DNA from: Macrostomum lignano
Taxonomy: Eukaryota
Direction of reading: 5' to 3'
Assembly (NCBI GenBank): GCA_002269645.1
Contig: NIVC01000230.1
Span: 682,001-746,000, forward strand
Length of the DNA stretch: 64,000 bases
Of this stretch, positions 1 through 13,320 are shown in pieces. How positions within the stretch are numbered: the first letter of the stretch is position 1; the number at the start of each line of letters is the position of its first letter. The position numbers and the translations under genes were made by a program. Below the pieces are notes generated by a model. That model worked only from the letters and a program-made list of their open reading frames with translations. It made no database searches and was not told the origin of the DNA.

Positions 1-2868
1 TCTAAGCAATTTCCCCAGTAAGCCTTGACATATCAGCAATTCATCCAAGAAAGCCTTGAAATCTCAGCAATTCCCCCAGTAAGCCTTGAAGTCTCAGTAA
101 TTCCCCAGTAAGTCTCGAATCTCAGTAATTCCTCCAGTAAGTCTTGACTTCTCACAATTCCCCCAGTAGGCCTTGACAACTCAGCAATTCCCCCAGTAAA
201 CCTTGAAATCTCAGAAATTCCCCCAGTAAGCCTTGAAGTCTCAGCAATTCCCCCAGTAAGCCTTGACAACTCAGCAATTCCCCCAGTAAACCTTGAAATC
301 TCAGAAATTCCCCAAGTAAGCCTTCACATCTCAGCAATTCCCCCAGCAAGCCTTGAAAACTCAGCAATTCCCCCAGTAAACCTTGAAATCTCAGAAATTC
401 CCCCAGTAAGCCTTGAAGTCTCAGCAATTCCCCCAGTAAGCCTTGAAGTCTCAGCAATTCCCCCAGTAGGCCTTGAAGTCTCAGCAATTCCCCCAGTAGG
501 CCTTGACAACTCAGCAATTCCCCCAGTAGGCCTTGACAACTCAGCAATTCATCCAAGAAAGCCTTGAAATCTCAGCAATTTCCTGAGTAAGCCTTGAAAT
601 CTCAGAAATTCCCCCAGTAAGCCTTGAAGTCTCAGAAATTTCCCCAGTAAGCCTCGAGATTGCAGCAATTCCCCCAGTAAGCCTTGACAACTCAGCAATT
701 CCCCCCAGTAAGCCTTGAAATCTCAGTAATTCCCCAGTAAGTCTCGAATCTCAGTAATTCCTACAGTAAGTCTTGACTTCTCACAATTCCCCAAGTAAGC
801 CTTCACATCTCAGCAATTCTCCCAGTAAGCCTTGAAAACTCAGCAATTCCCCCAGTAAACCTTGAAATTTCAGAAATTCCCCCAGTAAGCCTTGAAGTCT
901 CAGCAATTCCCCCAGTAAGCCTTGAAGTCTCAGCAATTCCCCCAGTAGGCCTTGACAACTCAGCAATTCCCCCAGTAGGCCTTGACAACTCAGCAATTCA
1001 TCCAAGAAAGCCTTGAAATCTCAGCAATTTCCTGAGTAAGCCTTGAAATCTCAGAAATTCCCCCAGTAAGCCTTGAAGTCTCAGAAATTTCCCCAGTAAG
1101 CCTCGAGATTGCAGCAATTCCCCCAGTAAGCCTTGACAACTCAGCAATTCCCCCCAGTAAGCCTTGAAATCTCAGTAATTCCCCAGTAAGTCTCGAATCT
1201 CAGTAATTCCTACAGTAAGTCTTGACTTCTCACAATTCCCCCAGTAGGCCTTGACAACTCAGCAATTCCCCCAGTAAACCTTGAAATCTCAGAAATTCCC
1301 CCAGTAAACCTTGAAATCTCAGAAATTCCCCAAGTAAGCCTTCACATCTCAGCAATTCCCCCAGCAAGCCTTGAAAACTCAGCAATTCCCCCAGTAAACC
1401 TTGAAATCTCAGAAATTCCCCCAGTAAGCCTTGAAGTCTCAGCAATTCCCCCAGTAAGCCTTGAAGTCTCAGCAATTCCCCCAGTAGGCCTTGACAACTC
1501 AGCAATTCCCCCAGTAGGCCTTGACAACTCAGCAATTCATCCAAGAAAGCCTTGAAATCTCAGCAATTTCCTGAGTAAGCCTTGAAATCTCAGAAATTCC
1601 CCCAGTAAGCCTTGAAGTCTCAGAAATTTCCCCAGTAAGCCTCGAGATTGCAGCAATTCCCCCAGTAAGCCTTGACAACTCAGCAATTCCCCCCAGTAAG
1701 CCTTGAAATCTCAGTAATTCCCCAGTAAGTCTCGAATCTCAGTAATTCCTACAGTAAGTCTTGACTTCTCACAATTCCCCAAGTAAGCCTTCACATCTCA
1801 GCAATTCTCCCAGTAAGCCTTGAAAACTCAGCAATTCCCCCAGTAAACCTTGAAATTTCAGAAATTCCCCCAGTAAGCCTTGAAGTCTCAGCAATTCCCC
1901 CAGTAAGCCTTGAAGTCTCAGCAATTCCCCCAGTAGGCCTTGACAACTCAGCAATTCCCCCAGTAGGCCTTGACAACTCAGCAATTCATCCAAGAAAGCC
2001 TTGAAATCTCAGCAATTTCCTGAGTAAGCCTTGAAATCTCAGAAATTCCCCCAGTAAGCCTTGAAGTCTCAGAAATTTCCCCAGTAAGCCTCGAGATTGC
2101 AGCAATTCCCCCAGTAAGCCTTGACAACTCAGCAATTCCCCCCAGTAAGCCTTGAAATCTCAGTAATTCCCCAGTAAGTCTCGAATCTCAGTAATTCCTA
2201 CAGTAAGTCTTGACTTCTCACAATTCCCCCAGTAGGCCTTGACAACTCAGCAATTCCCCCAGTAAACCTTGAAATCTCAGAAATTCCTCCAGTAAACCTT
2301 AAAATCTCAGAAATTCTCCCAGTAGGCCTTGACAACTCAGCAATTCCCCTAGTAAGCCTTGACAACTCAGCAATTCCCCCAGTAAACCTTGAAATCTCAG
2401 TAATTCCCCAGTAAGTCTCGAATCTCAGTAATTCCTACAGTAAGTCTTGACTTCTCACAATTCCCCCAGTAGGCCTTGACAACTCAGCAATTCCCCCAGT
2501 AAACCTTGAAATCTCAGAAATTCCCCCAGTAAGCCTTGAAATCTCAGAAATTCCCCTAGTAAGCCTTGAAGTCTCAGCAATTCCCCCAGTAAACCTTAAA
2601 ATCTCAGAAATTCTCCCAGTAGGCCTTGACAACTCAGCAATTCCCCTAGTAAGCCTTGACAACTCAGCAATTCCCCCAGTAAACCTTGAAATCTCAGAAA
2701 TTCCCCCAGTAAGCCTTGAAATCTCAGAAATTCTCCCAGTAAGCCTTGAAGTCTCAGCAATTCCCCCAGTAAACCTTAAAATCTCAGAAATTCTCCCAGT
2801 AGGCCTTCACATCTCAGCAATTCCCCCAAGTAGGCCTTGACAACTCAGCAATTCCTCCCAGTTAGCCT
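1..2868. repeat. 30-bp satellite array (CTCAGCAATTCCCCCAGTAAGCCTTGAAAT consensus) with higher-order structure
   Basis: Continuous ~30-bp units from the window start. The diagnostic variant AATTCATCCAAGAAAG recurs at 546, 995, 1534 and 1983 (spacings 449, 539, 449). Confidence 0.97.
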
Positions 2869-3008
2869 TTGGCTGGTGAAGGTTTTGATTCATGGCAATT
2901 TATTTTTGCCAAAAATGAGAAAAAGTAAGTTTTGATTAATGGATTTTGAATAATAAGTAAGGTTATTACTCATTGGCCAAAATAAAAACCACTTGGCGTC
3001 ATTCTTGC

Positions 3009-3037
3009 GTCCCCCAACGGGGGGCTTAAATTGCTAG
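3009..3037 (+). mobile_element. Helitron-like 3' terminus (hairpin + CTAG), probably the end of the element carrying the 1-2868 array
   Basis: GTCCCCCAACGGGGGGC hairpin, then TTAAATTG and CTAG followed by T. Near-identical to the terminus at 8324-8352 on the - strand. Confidence 0.7.
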
Positions 3038-3239
3038 TAGTTGCTTTTAATCAAAAAATGTTCGATTAGTCCAGGCACAAGCTAAAAATAAATGAAAAAT
3101 TAATTTAATATATTTTTATCTCCCACGTGCATACTCTGAAGCTTGCGAATAATTTAATTATTTATAGCTCGTAGCATCAGCTCAAAAAAGTAAAGTTTAG
3201 TCTATGGCCATAGACGTATTATTATTTTTCGAGCTCTCA

Positions 3240-3465
3240 CTGCGACAAAAATACACTAATTAGATAGGGAAAATACAGTTTTTTGAATATTTAAGACCTT
3301 TAGAATTGAAGCAGATAAAAGAAATGTTAACCATACAATCCTTGGTTGAGTAGCAACTGTTTGGTGAAAACGCGATCGAAATTGGTCAAGAATTGCAGTC
3401 TGTAGAGCGTTTTACACGGACAGACAGACAGACATAGATTAGAGATTTAGTATATATAAAGAAGA
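3240..3465 (-). mobile_element. Helitron-like 5' end fragment
   Basis: The - strand reads TCTTCTTTATATATACTAAATCTCTAA...(TCTG)n. The internal TTTTTGAATATTTAA...TTTAGAATTGAAGCA segment resembles 11960-11990 of the 8324-12125 element. Confidence 0.5.
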
Positions 3466-4909
3466 TGTGTGGCCTGGCATGCATTTATTACATGTACACA
3501 CTGCTACCCACCGGTATAATATGTTACATGCATACTTGCGTTTAAGGCTACAGTAATAGTCGACGTAGTTGGAAATTTATATGGAATCGAATGTAGTGCA
3601 TTACATGTGCTACATGTGCATTTACCAGCTGTCGATCGTACAGGTAGCATTTTAAAACTATTTTTAAATGTACATATTGTATAGGTAACTGTCCGTAGCC
3701 TGTGGTCTATAGCGCGGCGCTCTTATGTGCCAGCTGCCAATGCAAGGCTTGATTTCAAGTACAGTTAATTTGGAACTACATTTATTTACATGTACAAAAT
3801 TGAAATCACGGCTTGTCGGATGGTCTGCTATTAACACCCTGCATCGTGGGCCAACGTCCGCAGTCACAAGGCAATTTAAATACCTTACGATAAATTAAAT
3901 TACGGCAGCTGCTCGCTCCTGTGTATGCTGCCTGCCTATATTACATACGGACGTTTTGTAATCCGCGCTATTGTTGCCTGTACAGGGGGCGTGTCGGTGG
4001 AAATTGGCAGTAAATAAGTAGTTACATTTCGCTGGCTTTGTTAATTAATGCCACATAAAGTGCACCAGGATGCACCCAGCCCCCTGCATCGATAACTAAC
4101 TTAATTAAGTTCAACCACTTTTTTGAGACTTTTTCTGACTTGGCAATCTGAATTTTCTTTAAGTTCTAAATGTGCAGGCATAGCTCATTTTACAGGCGCT
4201 GAACCAGAAAGTCTCCCTAGGATAAATTTATTTAGAAATTTTTAGACTTAGTTGATAGTAAAGAAATATATAAAGCATGAAAAATACAATTTGATATACT
4301 TTTTTGATTTTCAAGGAAAATGATCGTATTCAAATAGGTGAACTGTTTTTTTATCGGTCCTGGTTACTGACGGCGGCCAGTATGGGTGGACTGACCTACC
4401 TATCACAGTCGATATTAGAGAATGATTAAGCCTATATTACTAGACATGGCCGCCGTGTCCTAAGGTATGGCATTAACTGCGTGCGTTATTGTTATGTTAA
4501 TTTGTATAATGTTCAGTTAAAAAATCAGTTTAGCCTAGGCCTAGTGATTAGCTGTGTAACTGTGTTAGTGATCTGATCATATGATACTAATATAGATGCC
4601 AGGCGGTAAAATGAGGATTAAAACATGGAATAGATTCAATAGGACAAAAAATTAATTTAAGAAATTGTTTTTCATTAATATTAATTTTTTCATTTAGAGT
4701 CATGCAAGTCACAAAATCAGAAAACCCTTAAAATGATTTGTTTTTTTCTTGAAATTTTTTCTTGAAAGCAAACAATTTTTAACAATTTTTGACAATTTAA
4801 AATAAGTGGGATTGGGATAGATAGTTCATAGACCTAGTTTTACTTTTAGTAGCATATGACCAAGATGGCCAGGCCACACACCAGGATGGCCATAGGCCTA
4901 GCTCTAAAT

Positions 4910-5699
4910 GGCTCATTCCATATAAGATAGACATATTTGGAAAATAGAAAAAAGTCAATATTTTTGCTTGCCATTGCCTAATTAGCCTATTTTTTTTTTA
5001 CCAAATGTTTATATTGTGCAATATATACAATCTAAGAATAAAGGAATGGTAAAATGTTGGATTAGTATGTTATCAATTGGCAAAAAGTCATTTTTGTAAA
5101 AATTTGGACATTTTTCGAAGTAAAAGACATCATTAAGATTTTGTACCTTTTAAAAACAAATAGAAAGCTTTTGAAGGTTGAAACAAACTATAGATAAAAG
5201 TATAGTACTTGCATCATCAGATAAAAGCATTGGTGACCAAATAATCTATTATATTTTTAATGTATTAGTACCTCAAAGTTACTGAATTGACAGAAAAAAA
5301 TATGTTACGACCATAATGTTACGACCATAAGGCTGCCTTTTCTTTTGTATCTTTGTTGCCTTTTGAGTTTATATATTCTAATAAAAGAGTATGATTTCTA
5401 AAGATGTTCTTAGTCAAATTTTAAAAATGTATTGCAAAATATCAAAAATGAAAAATGTTATAAGACTTTTACCTTTTAGTTTCTATAATGTCAAAAATCC
5501 TGTCGTTACGACCATAAGTGTCATTTAAGGTTTAATAGCATCTATACTAATGATGATATCTATATGAAACTCTATAAATATATTCTAGACAAAATAATCT
5601 TTCATTTAAAATATTGGTTTAGTATTTTCTATTATTAGATTTCATTTTATAAGTAAAAATAACCTGTCATGTTACGACCATGCTTATATGGAATGAGCC
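4910..5699 (+). mobile_element. MITE, 790 bp, 17-bp TIR, 4-bp TSD (Sola-like)
   Basis: TIR GGCTCATTCCATATAAG / CTTATATGGAATGAGCC. TSD AAAT at 4906-4909 and 5700-5703. A second, inverted copy lies at 8100-12685. Confidence 0.88.
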
Positions 5700-6525
5700 A
5701 AATGTATAAGTAGATAAAAATAAGCCTAGTTTGGCATTCCTATGGTTTACAATCACCTCAAACAGTGACAATCACCACTTAAAATAATTGTAAGACAAAA
5801 ACTAATAATATTTTCAAATGAAAAGAAATATAGCCTAAAAAGTTGGCAAACTAACTGTTTATTTTAAAAGATGGTAAGATTGTTTTAGTTTATATCACCT
5901 TTGGTTTACAATTATCCAAATGTATGTTTCCTATTAAAATGATTAGGAACTAAAGCTGGCTGTAGCTATTGGAAAGTATATCAAATATGACAAATAGTCA
6001 CATGCCAAAAACTTCTTGGTATATTGGTATAGGCCTATTTATTTTCATATTAGTCTCAATAAAGATTAGTGAGCACTTTTGGCTATCAGGCATGATGATG
6101 CTTAGAACCATTACCAAGGGTGCTTGTAATAAACATTGTAAGTCATCTAAATGTTGCTTAGGATCTTTGACATTAGCCCAGAGATAATGTAGTCGATTAT
6201 TTTGCCTAATGATGTTAGCATCAATAATGAAAGCTTCCATAGTCTGGATTATGCTGCGTGCATACCTGAACAAAAATTGAAGAATTACAAATGTATACCA
6301 AAAAAATTGAGTTTACTCTTGCATTCTCAATTCTAGGCCAATGTTGCAATTGTCAATGACCTTTTTTTATATTGTATAAAGGATCTTTTTTGGCTGATAA
6401 TTTGGTTGATTATTTATCTTTCTTGTCTATACTATTTAAAGCGAAAATTTAGTATGTACAAACATTCATTGTGTCAAACATTCATGAGCTTAAAAGCTGG
6501 AAAATTTGAAATTTATGCTTAAATA

Positions 6526-6812
6526 CATACATGCGCAACCTCCAAAATTCGGTCGGCCGTGCGACTTAGTTTTAACAAAAATGCAACATGGTTTTTGGCC
6601 AAAAATGCGACTTACATGTAAAAAAAATCCTAAAGCAAAATTAACGTAACTTTGGGTAAACAGGAAGAGTAACTATAACTGTCTTATTAGGCCAAAATGC
6701 CTTATCAGCTACTTAGTACTACTACTTGGGTGGGCATTTTTGCAACTTTCTTGATTGGCCGCCAAATTGGTCAGCTGGATCGGCCGACTTGGCCGACTGT
6801 TGCGCATGTATG
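6526..6812. mobile_element. hAT-type MITE, 287 bp
   Basis: Perfect 14-bp TIR CATACATGCGCAAC / GTTGCGCATGTATG. 8-bp TSD CTTAAATA at 6518-6525 and 6813-6820. Confidence 0.92.
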
Positions 6813-8461
6813 CTTAAATATAAATATTTCAATCTTTTTTTACTCAATACTAACTCTTGCATGATTCTATGAAGTGCATACTAGCTGTGCAGGCATGCTA
6901 TTTTCTTGAGAGTCAAATATGCCAACTGTGCATGCCTAACTTTAGGTATACAAGGCCAATGCATGCCTATTTTTGGGCATATACTACATGATCCAAAGTG
7001 TGGAATAGCTTCTTATATAAGAAGATATGCACAAGTCTACCATGGGGCATGGGACTTTAGCCAGTTTAGTAGACCTTTGGCCCTCTGCATAATAGCACTT
7101 CTGATTGACAAGTATATTATATTAGACAATAATAGCCTTGCTATGCATGCCTAGATCCTCTTTGATGAGTTTTCACATTGTGGAGTTAGCCATGCTGAAG
7201 TCATGTGCTAGCTGTTAGATGCTCCTTTTGGAATTTCGATGAATCTATTGTTTAAGGCTCTAATTGTAAAAGCAATATAAGATGTATAAGAGTACCTGTT
7301 GCCATGCCAAGCTTTTATGTCCCTAGTCTTATTAAACAGCTTTTTGGTTGGTTTGGTAAAATTGCATTCTTGATACACTAATCTTGCTATTGATGCCAGT
7401 TTCTTATCTACACAAAACTTTTTAACTATCTTTTTGAAAATCTTATTGTACCTGGCCATTTTATAAACAAATTGAATCAAATTTTGTATTAAAACTTTAG
7501 ACTCCCTATGTCACTTGTGTCTGTACTTATAGTCCTAAAAAACAAAGAATAGAAATAAAAATTGTAAGTATAACATTTCAATATATGCGCCTAGTATTAG
7601 CTATTTAAAAAAATTAAAAGCTTAACAAAGATTGTGTTACCCAATGTGAAATAGATTTGAAGCTAAAAATTATTGCATTGAAGTGACTTTTACAAGCAAA
7701 AAAAATGCACATTTGCAACTGTTTGTGGGAAAAAGTCAGTGTTGGGCAAAGTTCTGGCACTCCTGGCACTTTTAGTACCAGAAGTTACTTTTTTAAACTA
7801 GCACTTTTTTCTGGTTCTTTTTTTAGAATGCCAGACTTTGGTAATGGAAGTTACTTTTTGATAAGTCTAGTCTTCTAGTACTTGAACTTGAAATTTTAGG
7901 TGCCAAAAAGTCGATTTGGCACTAAATATGCAAAACTTTCCTAAAAGTGCAAAACTTTTGCCAAAATACTCATAGAACAATTATAAAAAGGTAAAAAAGA
8001 CTATCCTAGATCATGTGGTTTTTACTTTTCAAGTTAAAGCATATTTTAAGCATCATATAGAATCATAGAATGAAGTAATTAATTTGGTAACTACCAATGG
8101 GGCCATTCTATATAATTATGGTTGTAACATGACAGACTATTTTTACTTATAAAATGAAATCTAATAATAGAATATACTAAACCAATATTTTGAATGAAAG
8201 ATTATTTTGTCAAGAATATGTTTATAAAGTTTCATATAGATATCATCATTAGTATAGATGCTATTAAACCTTGAATGGCACTTATGGTCGTAACAGCATA
8301 ATTTTTGACATATAGAAACTAAACTAGCAATCTTCGCCCCCCGTTGGGGGACATCTGTATAGAACCTCTGTTCTCTACAAGTAACAAAAAGATAGCCAAA
8401 AAAGGCCTTCACAAAAAAAAACAGACAAAATACTCAAAGGAAGCAAAAAGAAATCATCCCA

Positions 8462-8893
8462 AGACAGCAAGCATCCCCCAGATAGCAAGCATCTTCCAGA
8501 TTACAAGCAACCCCCAGATAGCAAGCATCCCCCAGATAGCAAGCATCCCCCAGATAGCAAGCATCCGCCAGATAGCAAGCATCTTCCAGATAGCAAGCAT
8601 CCGCCAGATAGCAAGCATCTTCCAGATTACAAGCAACCCCCAGATAGCAAGCATCCCCCAGATAGCAAGCATCCCCCAGATAGCAAGCATCCCCCAGATA
8701 GCAAGCATCCCCCAGATAGCAAGCATCCCCCAGATAGCAAGCATCCGCCAGATAGCAGGCATCTTCCAGATTACAAGCAACCCCCAGATAGCAAGCATCC
8801 CCCAGATAGCAAGCATCCCCAGATAGCAAGCATCCGCCAGATAGCAAGCATCCCCTACATAGATAGCATCCCCAAATAGCAAGCATCCACCAG
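8462..8893. repeat. 18-bp minisatellite (CAGATAGCAAGCATCCCC)
   Basis: Direct tandem units; source of spurious ORF 8344..8826. Confidence 0.95.
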
Positions 8894-8969
8894 ACAATAA
8901 GTAGCTAGTGCGATAATTTCCTTAGCATTATAGTGGCTCCTTTAAAATTCGCTTACTTTTATGTTTGAA

Positions 8970-11545
8970 ATTGTGTAAATTTTATGTTTGACATGGTGGC
9001 TGTTTTAAGTTCTACATGGCAACTGTTTTATGTTTGAAACGATGGCTTTTTAATGTCAGACATGGTGGCTCTTTTATGTTTGACATGGTGCCTCTTTATT
9101 GTTTGACATGGTGGCTCTTTAATGTTTAACCTGGTGGCTCTTTTATGTTTGAAACAGTGGCTCTTTTATGTTTGACACAGTGACTCTTTAATGTTCGACA
9201 AAGTGGCTATTTAATGTTTGACAAGGTGGCTTTTAAATGTTTGACATGGTGGCTCCTTAATGTTCGAGAAAGTGGCTCTTTAATGTTTTTCATGGTATAG
9301 CTCTTTTATGTTCGACATGGTGGCTCTTTTAGGTTTGACATGGTGGCTCTTTTAGGTTTGACATGGTGGCTCTTTTAGGTTTGACATGGTGGCTCTTAAA
9401 TGTTTGACATGGTGGCTCTTAAATGTTTGACATGGTGGCTCTTTAATGTTCGAGATAGTGGCTCTTTAATTTTTTTCATGGTATAGCTCTTTTATGTTCG
9501 ACATGGTGGCTCTTTTAGGTTTGACATGGTGGCTCTTTTATGTTCAACATGGTGGCTCTTTTAGGTTTGACATGGTGGCTCTTTTAGGTTTGACATGGTG
9601 GCTCTTAAATGTTTGACATGGTGGCTCTTAAATGTTTGACATGGTGACTCTTTAATGTTTCAAATGGTGGCTCTTTAATGTTTTACGTGGTGGCTCTTAA
9701 ATGTTTGACATGGTGGCTCTTAAATGTTTGACATGGTAGCTCTTTAATATTCTACATTGTGGCTCTTAAGTGTTCGAAATTGTGGATCTTTTAGGTTTGA
9801 CATGATGGCTGTTTAATGTTCAACATAGTGGCTCTTTTATGTTTAACATGGTGGCTCTTTAATGTTCGAAATGGTGGCTCTTTTGTTTTACATGGTGGCT
9901 CTTTAATGTTTGACATGGTGGCTCTTTAATGTTTGACATAAAGTCACTTATATGTTCGAAATGGTGGCTCTTTTAGGTTTGACATGGTGGCTCTTTTAGG
10001 TTTAACATGGTGGCTCTTTTAGGTTTAACATGGTGGCTCTTTTAGGTTTAACATGGTGGCTCTTTTAGGTTTAACATGGTGGCTCTTAAATGTTCGACAT
10101 GGTGGCTCTTTAATGTTCGACATGGTGGCTCTTTAATATTCTTCATGTTATAGCTCTTTCATGTTTGACATGGTGGCTCTTTTATGGTCGACATGGTGGC
10201 TCTTTAATGTTCGAAATGGTGGCTCTTTAATGTTCGAAATAGTGGCTCTTTCATTTTCGACATGGTGGCTCTTTATGTTTGACATGTTGGCTCTTTTATG
10301 TTTGACATGTTGGCTCTTTTATGTTTGACATGGTGGATATTTAATGTTCGAAATAGTGGCTCTTTTATGGTCGACATGGTGGCTCTTTAATGTTCGAAAT
10401 GGTGGCTCTTTAATGTTCGAAATAGTGGCTCTTTTATTTTCGACATGGTGGCTCTTTTAGGTTTGACATGGTGGCTCTTTTATGTTCGACATGGTGGCTC
10501 TTTAATGTTTGACATGGTGGCTCTTTAATGTTTTACATGGTAGCTCTGTTATGTCCGAAATGGTGGCTCTTTAATGTTTGACATAAAGTCACATATATGT
10601 TTGACATGGTGGCTCTTAAATGTTTGACATGGTGGCTCTTTATGTTTGACATGTTGGCTCTTTTATGTTCGAAATGGTGGCTCTTTTTTGTTCTACATGT
10701 TAACTCTTTTTATTTGATACGGTGGCTTTTTTAATGTCTGACATGTTGGCTCTTTAATGTTCGACAAAGTGGCTCCTAAATGTTTGACATAGTGGCTCTT
10801 CAATGTTTGACAATGTAACTTTTGAATGTTTGACATGGTGGCTCTTTAATGTTTGACATGGTAGCTCTGTTATGTTCGACATGGTGGCTCTTCTAGGTTT
10901 GACAATGTGGCTCTTTAATGTTTCACATGGTGGCTCTTTAATGTTTTACATGGTGGCTCTTTTATGTTTAACTTGGTAGCTCTTTGTTATTTTACATGGC
11001 AGCTCTTTTATGTTCGACATGGTGGCTCTTTAATATTCTTCATGTTATAGCTCTTTCATGTTTGACATGGTGGCTCTTTAATGTTCGAAATGGTGGCTCT
11101 TTAATGTTTAACACAAAGTCACATATATGTTTGACATGGTGGCTCTTAAATGTTTGACATGGTGGCTCTTTATGTTTGACATGTTGGCTCTTTTATGTTT
11201 GACATGTTGGCTCTTTTATGTTTGACATGGTGGCTCTTTAATGTTCGAAAAAGTGGCTCCTAAATGTTTGACATAGTGGCTCTTTGATGTTCGAAATAGT
11301 GACTCTTTTATTTTCGACATGGTGGCTCTTTAATGTTCGAAATGGTGGCTGTTTAATGTTAGAAATGGTGGCTCTTTTATGTTTGACATAAAGTCACTTA
11401 TATGTTTTATATGGTGCCTCTTAAATATTAGACATGGTGGCTCGTTTAGGTTTGACATGGTGGCTCTTTAATATTCGATATGTTAGCTCTTTTATGTTCG
11501 ACATGGTGGCTCTTCTATGTTTGACATTGCGCTTCTTTTATGTTT
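8970..11545. repeat. 23-bp satellite (ACATGGTGGCTCTTTTAGGTTTG consensus), ~2.6 kb
   Basis: Continuous degenerate tandem units. Confidence 0.96.
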
Positions 11546-13141
11546 AGAAGTTTTGTGTTTTTAAGGTGTTTTAATAAAAAAAAATCTTTTTTGCCCTACT
11601 AAGATTCGAACCCAAGTCGCTACATTAGCATTCCAGTCTGTTCGCATCTGGGCTATCTTTTTCAATTGGAGAACATAAATTGTGGCCCTTATAATTCAAT
11701 TCTTACAGCAAGTCAATTGGAGTAAAAAGTTATGACATAATCAATTTCTCAGTCAGCCAGAATCAGTCTCAATTTAAGTTGCCAATATGGTTACGCAATT
11801 TCATTCAAGTCGTGTGTGCATTTCTTCGGCACTGTTTTCAACTTGTTGTGATGCAATCTTTGTCAGAATCAGAATTCAGTCAGTCAGTTTTTTCTCTAGC
11901 ATTCTTACAATGCATTTCAGGTCGAAAGAGCTGCTTGACCTTTGCAAAAAAGCATGTTTTTCGAATATTTAATCCCTTTAAAATTGAGCAATTTCTTAGC
12001 CAAGATGCATGTACCGTCCCAGGAAAATTTCTGATCGAATGGTGCAAGTTTGAAGAAAATCGGTTAAGCCGTTTTTTCTGAAATCTATCTCACAGAGACA
12101 CACATTTCATTTTTAGTATATAGGAAGCTAAAAGTCTTATAACATTTTTCATTTTTGATATTTTGCAATAATTTTTGTAAATTTGACTAAGAACATCTTT
12201 AGAAGTCATACTCTTATTAGAATATATAAACTCAAAAAGGCAACAAAGATACAAAAGAAAAGGCAGCCTTATGGTCGTAACATTATGGTTGTAACATATT
12301 TTTTTCTGTCAATTTAGTAACTTTGAAGTACTAATATATAAAAAATATAATAGATTATATGGTTACTAATGTTTTTATCTGATGATGCAAGTACTATAAT
12401 TTTATATATAGTTTGTTTTAACCTTCTAAAGCTTTCTATTTGTTTTTAAAAGGTACATAAACTTAATGATGTATTTTGCTTAGAAAATGTCCAATTTTTT
12501 ACAAAAATAACTTTTTGCTAATTGATAACATACTAATCTAACATTTTATCATTTATTTATTCTTAGATTGTATACATTACATACAAAAAAGATTTGGTAA
12601 AAAAATTGGCTGATAAGGCAATGACAAGCAAAAATATTGACTTTTTTCTATTTTCCAAATATGTCTATCTTATATGGAATGGGCCAATGCTGAAACAAGA
12701 CACATTCAACACAATAAACATTCTTGTTTAACAACTCCTTGCAAGTTTTCTAACAAGCATAACTAGCAGTACATCAGGATGCTACACTCCTGATTTGCAG
12801 AACATTTTTTGAAGGGCGATTTCTTCATTTCAATGTTTGTATAGTACATGAGTGATGCATTCTAAGAAGGTGAGTTTAACTCCTTCGAGGCTAATTTTCA
12901 TTTTCTAATTGGAGTGCAAAGGCACTATAATCAAGTTATTTTAAAGTCTTGTGCATTGGTCCATTTATCAAATTCTAGCCATTTGTTGTCCAGTATCTTT
13001 TTTGTTAACTGTTAACTGGCATTTCTAAGGCTCCCAGAATATTATTGTACTATGACCTTTGTGCCCACTGGGCACTTATTCTTGCCTTTTAATGTCATAT
13101 ACTACATTTAAGCCTGCTTGCAGGAAAGAAATATCAAACAA

Positions 13142-13320
13142 ATTGTCTATGTCAAACTTACTTTCATGCAAATTAGTGGGCAGTTAATGACATTTAATGC
13201 CTGATTGTCTATGTCAAACTTACTTTCATGCAAATTAGTGGGCAGTTAATGACATTTAATGCCTGATTGTCTATGTCAAACTTACTTTAGTGCAAATTAG
13301 CAGGCAGTTAGTGACACAAA
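13142..13320. repeat. 62-bp tandem triplication
   Basis: ATTGTCTATGTCAAACTTACTTT starts at 13142, 13204 and 13266. Confidence 0.9.

Larger units (their letters stand above)
8324..12125 (-). mobile_element. Non-autonomous Helitron-like element carrying two satellite arrays
   Basis: The - strand starts TCCTATATACTAAAAATG...AACCGATTTTCTTCAAACTTG and ends with hairpin GTCCCCCAACGGGGGGC + GAAGATTG + CTAG. No TSD; removing it rejoins the MITE sequence. Confidence 0.8.
8100..12685 (-). mobile_element. Second, inverted copy of the 4910-5699 MITE, split by a Helitron-like insertion
   Basis: 8100-8323 is the reverse complement of ~5477-5699, and 12126-12685 of ~4910-5476. 4-bp TSD AATG at 8096-8099 and 12686-12689. 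Confidence 0.88.

Noticed and set aside
33-2662. Leucine-rich and SRLTGGIAE-repeat ORFs
   Set aside because: Translations of the 30-bp satellite on the - strand, broken by frameshifts; no unique coding sequence.
3466-4880. 13-bp inverted repeat TGTGTGGCCTGGC / GCCAGGCCACACA suggesting another TIR element
   Set aside because: The left end abuts a Helitron-like junction, so no TSD can be verified.
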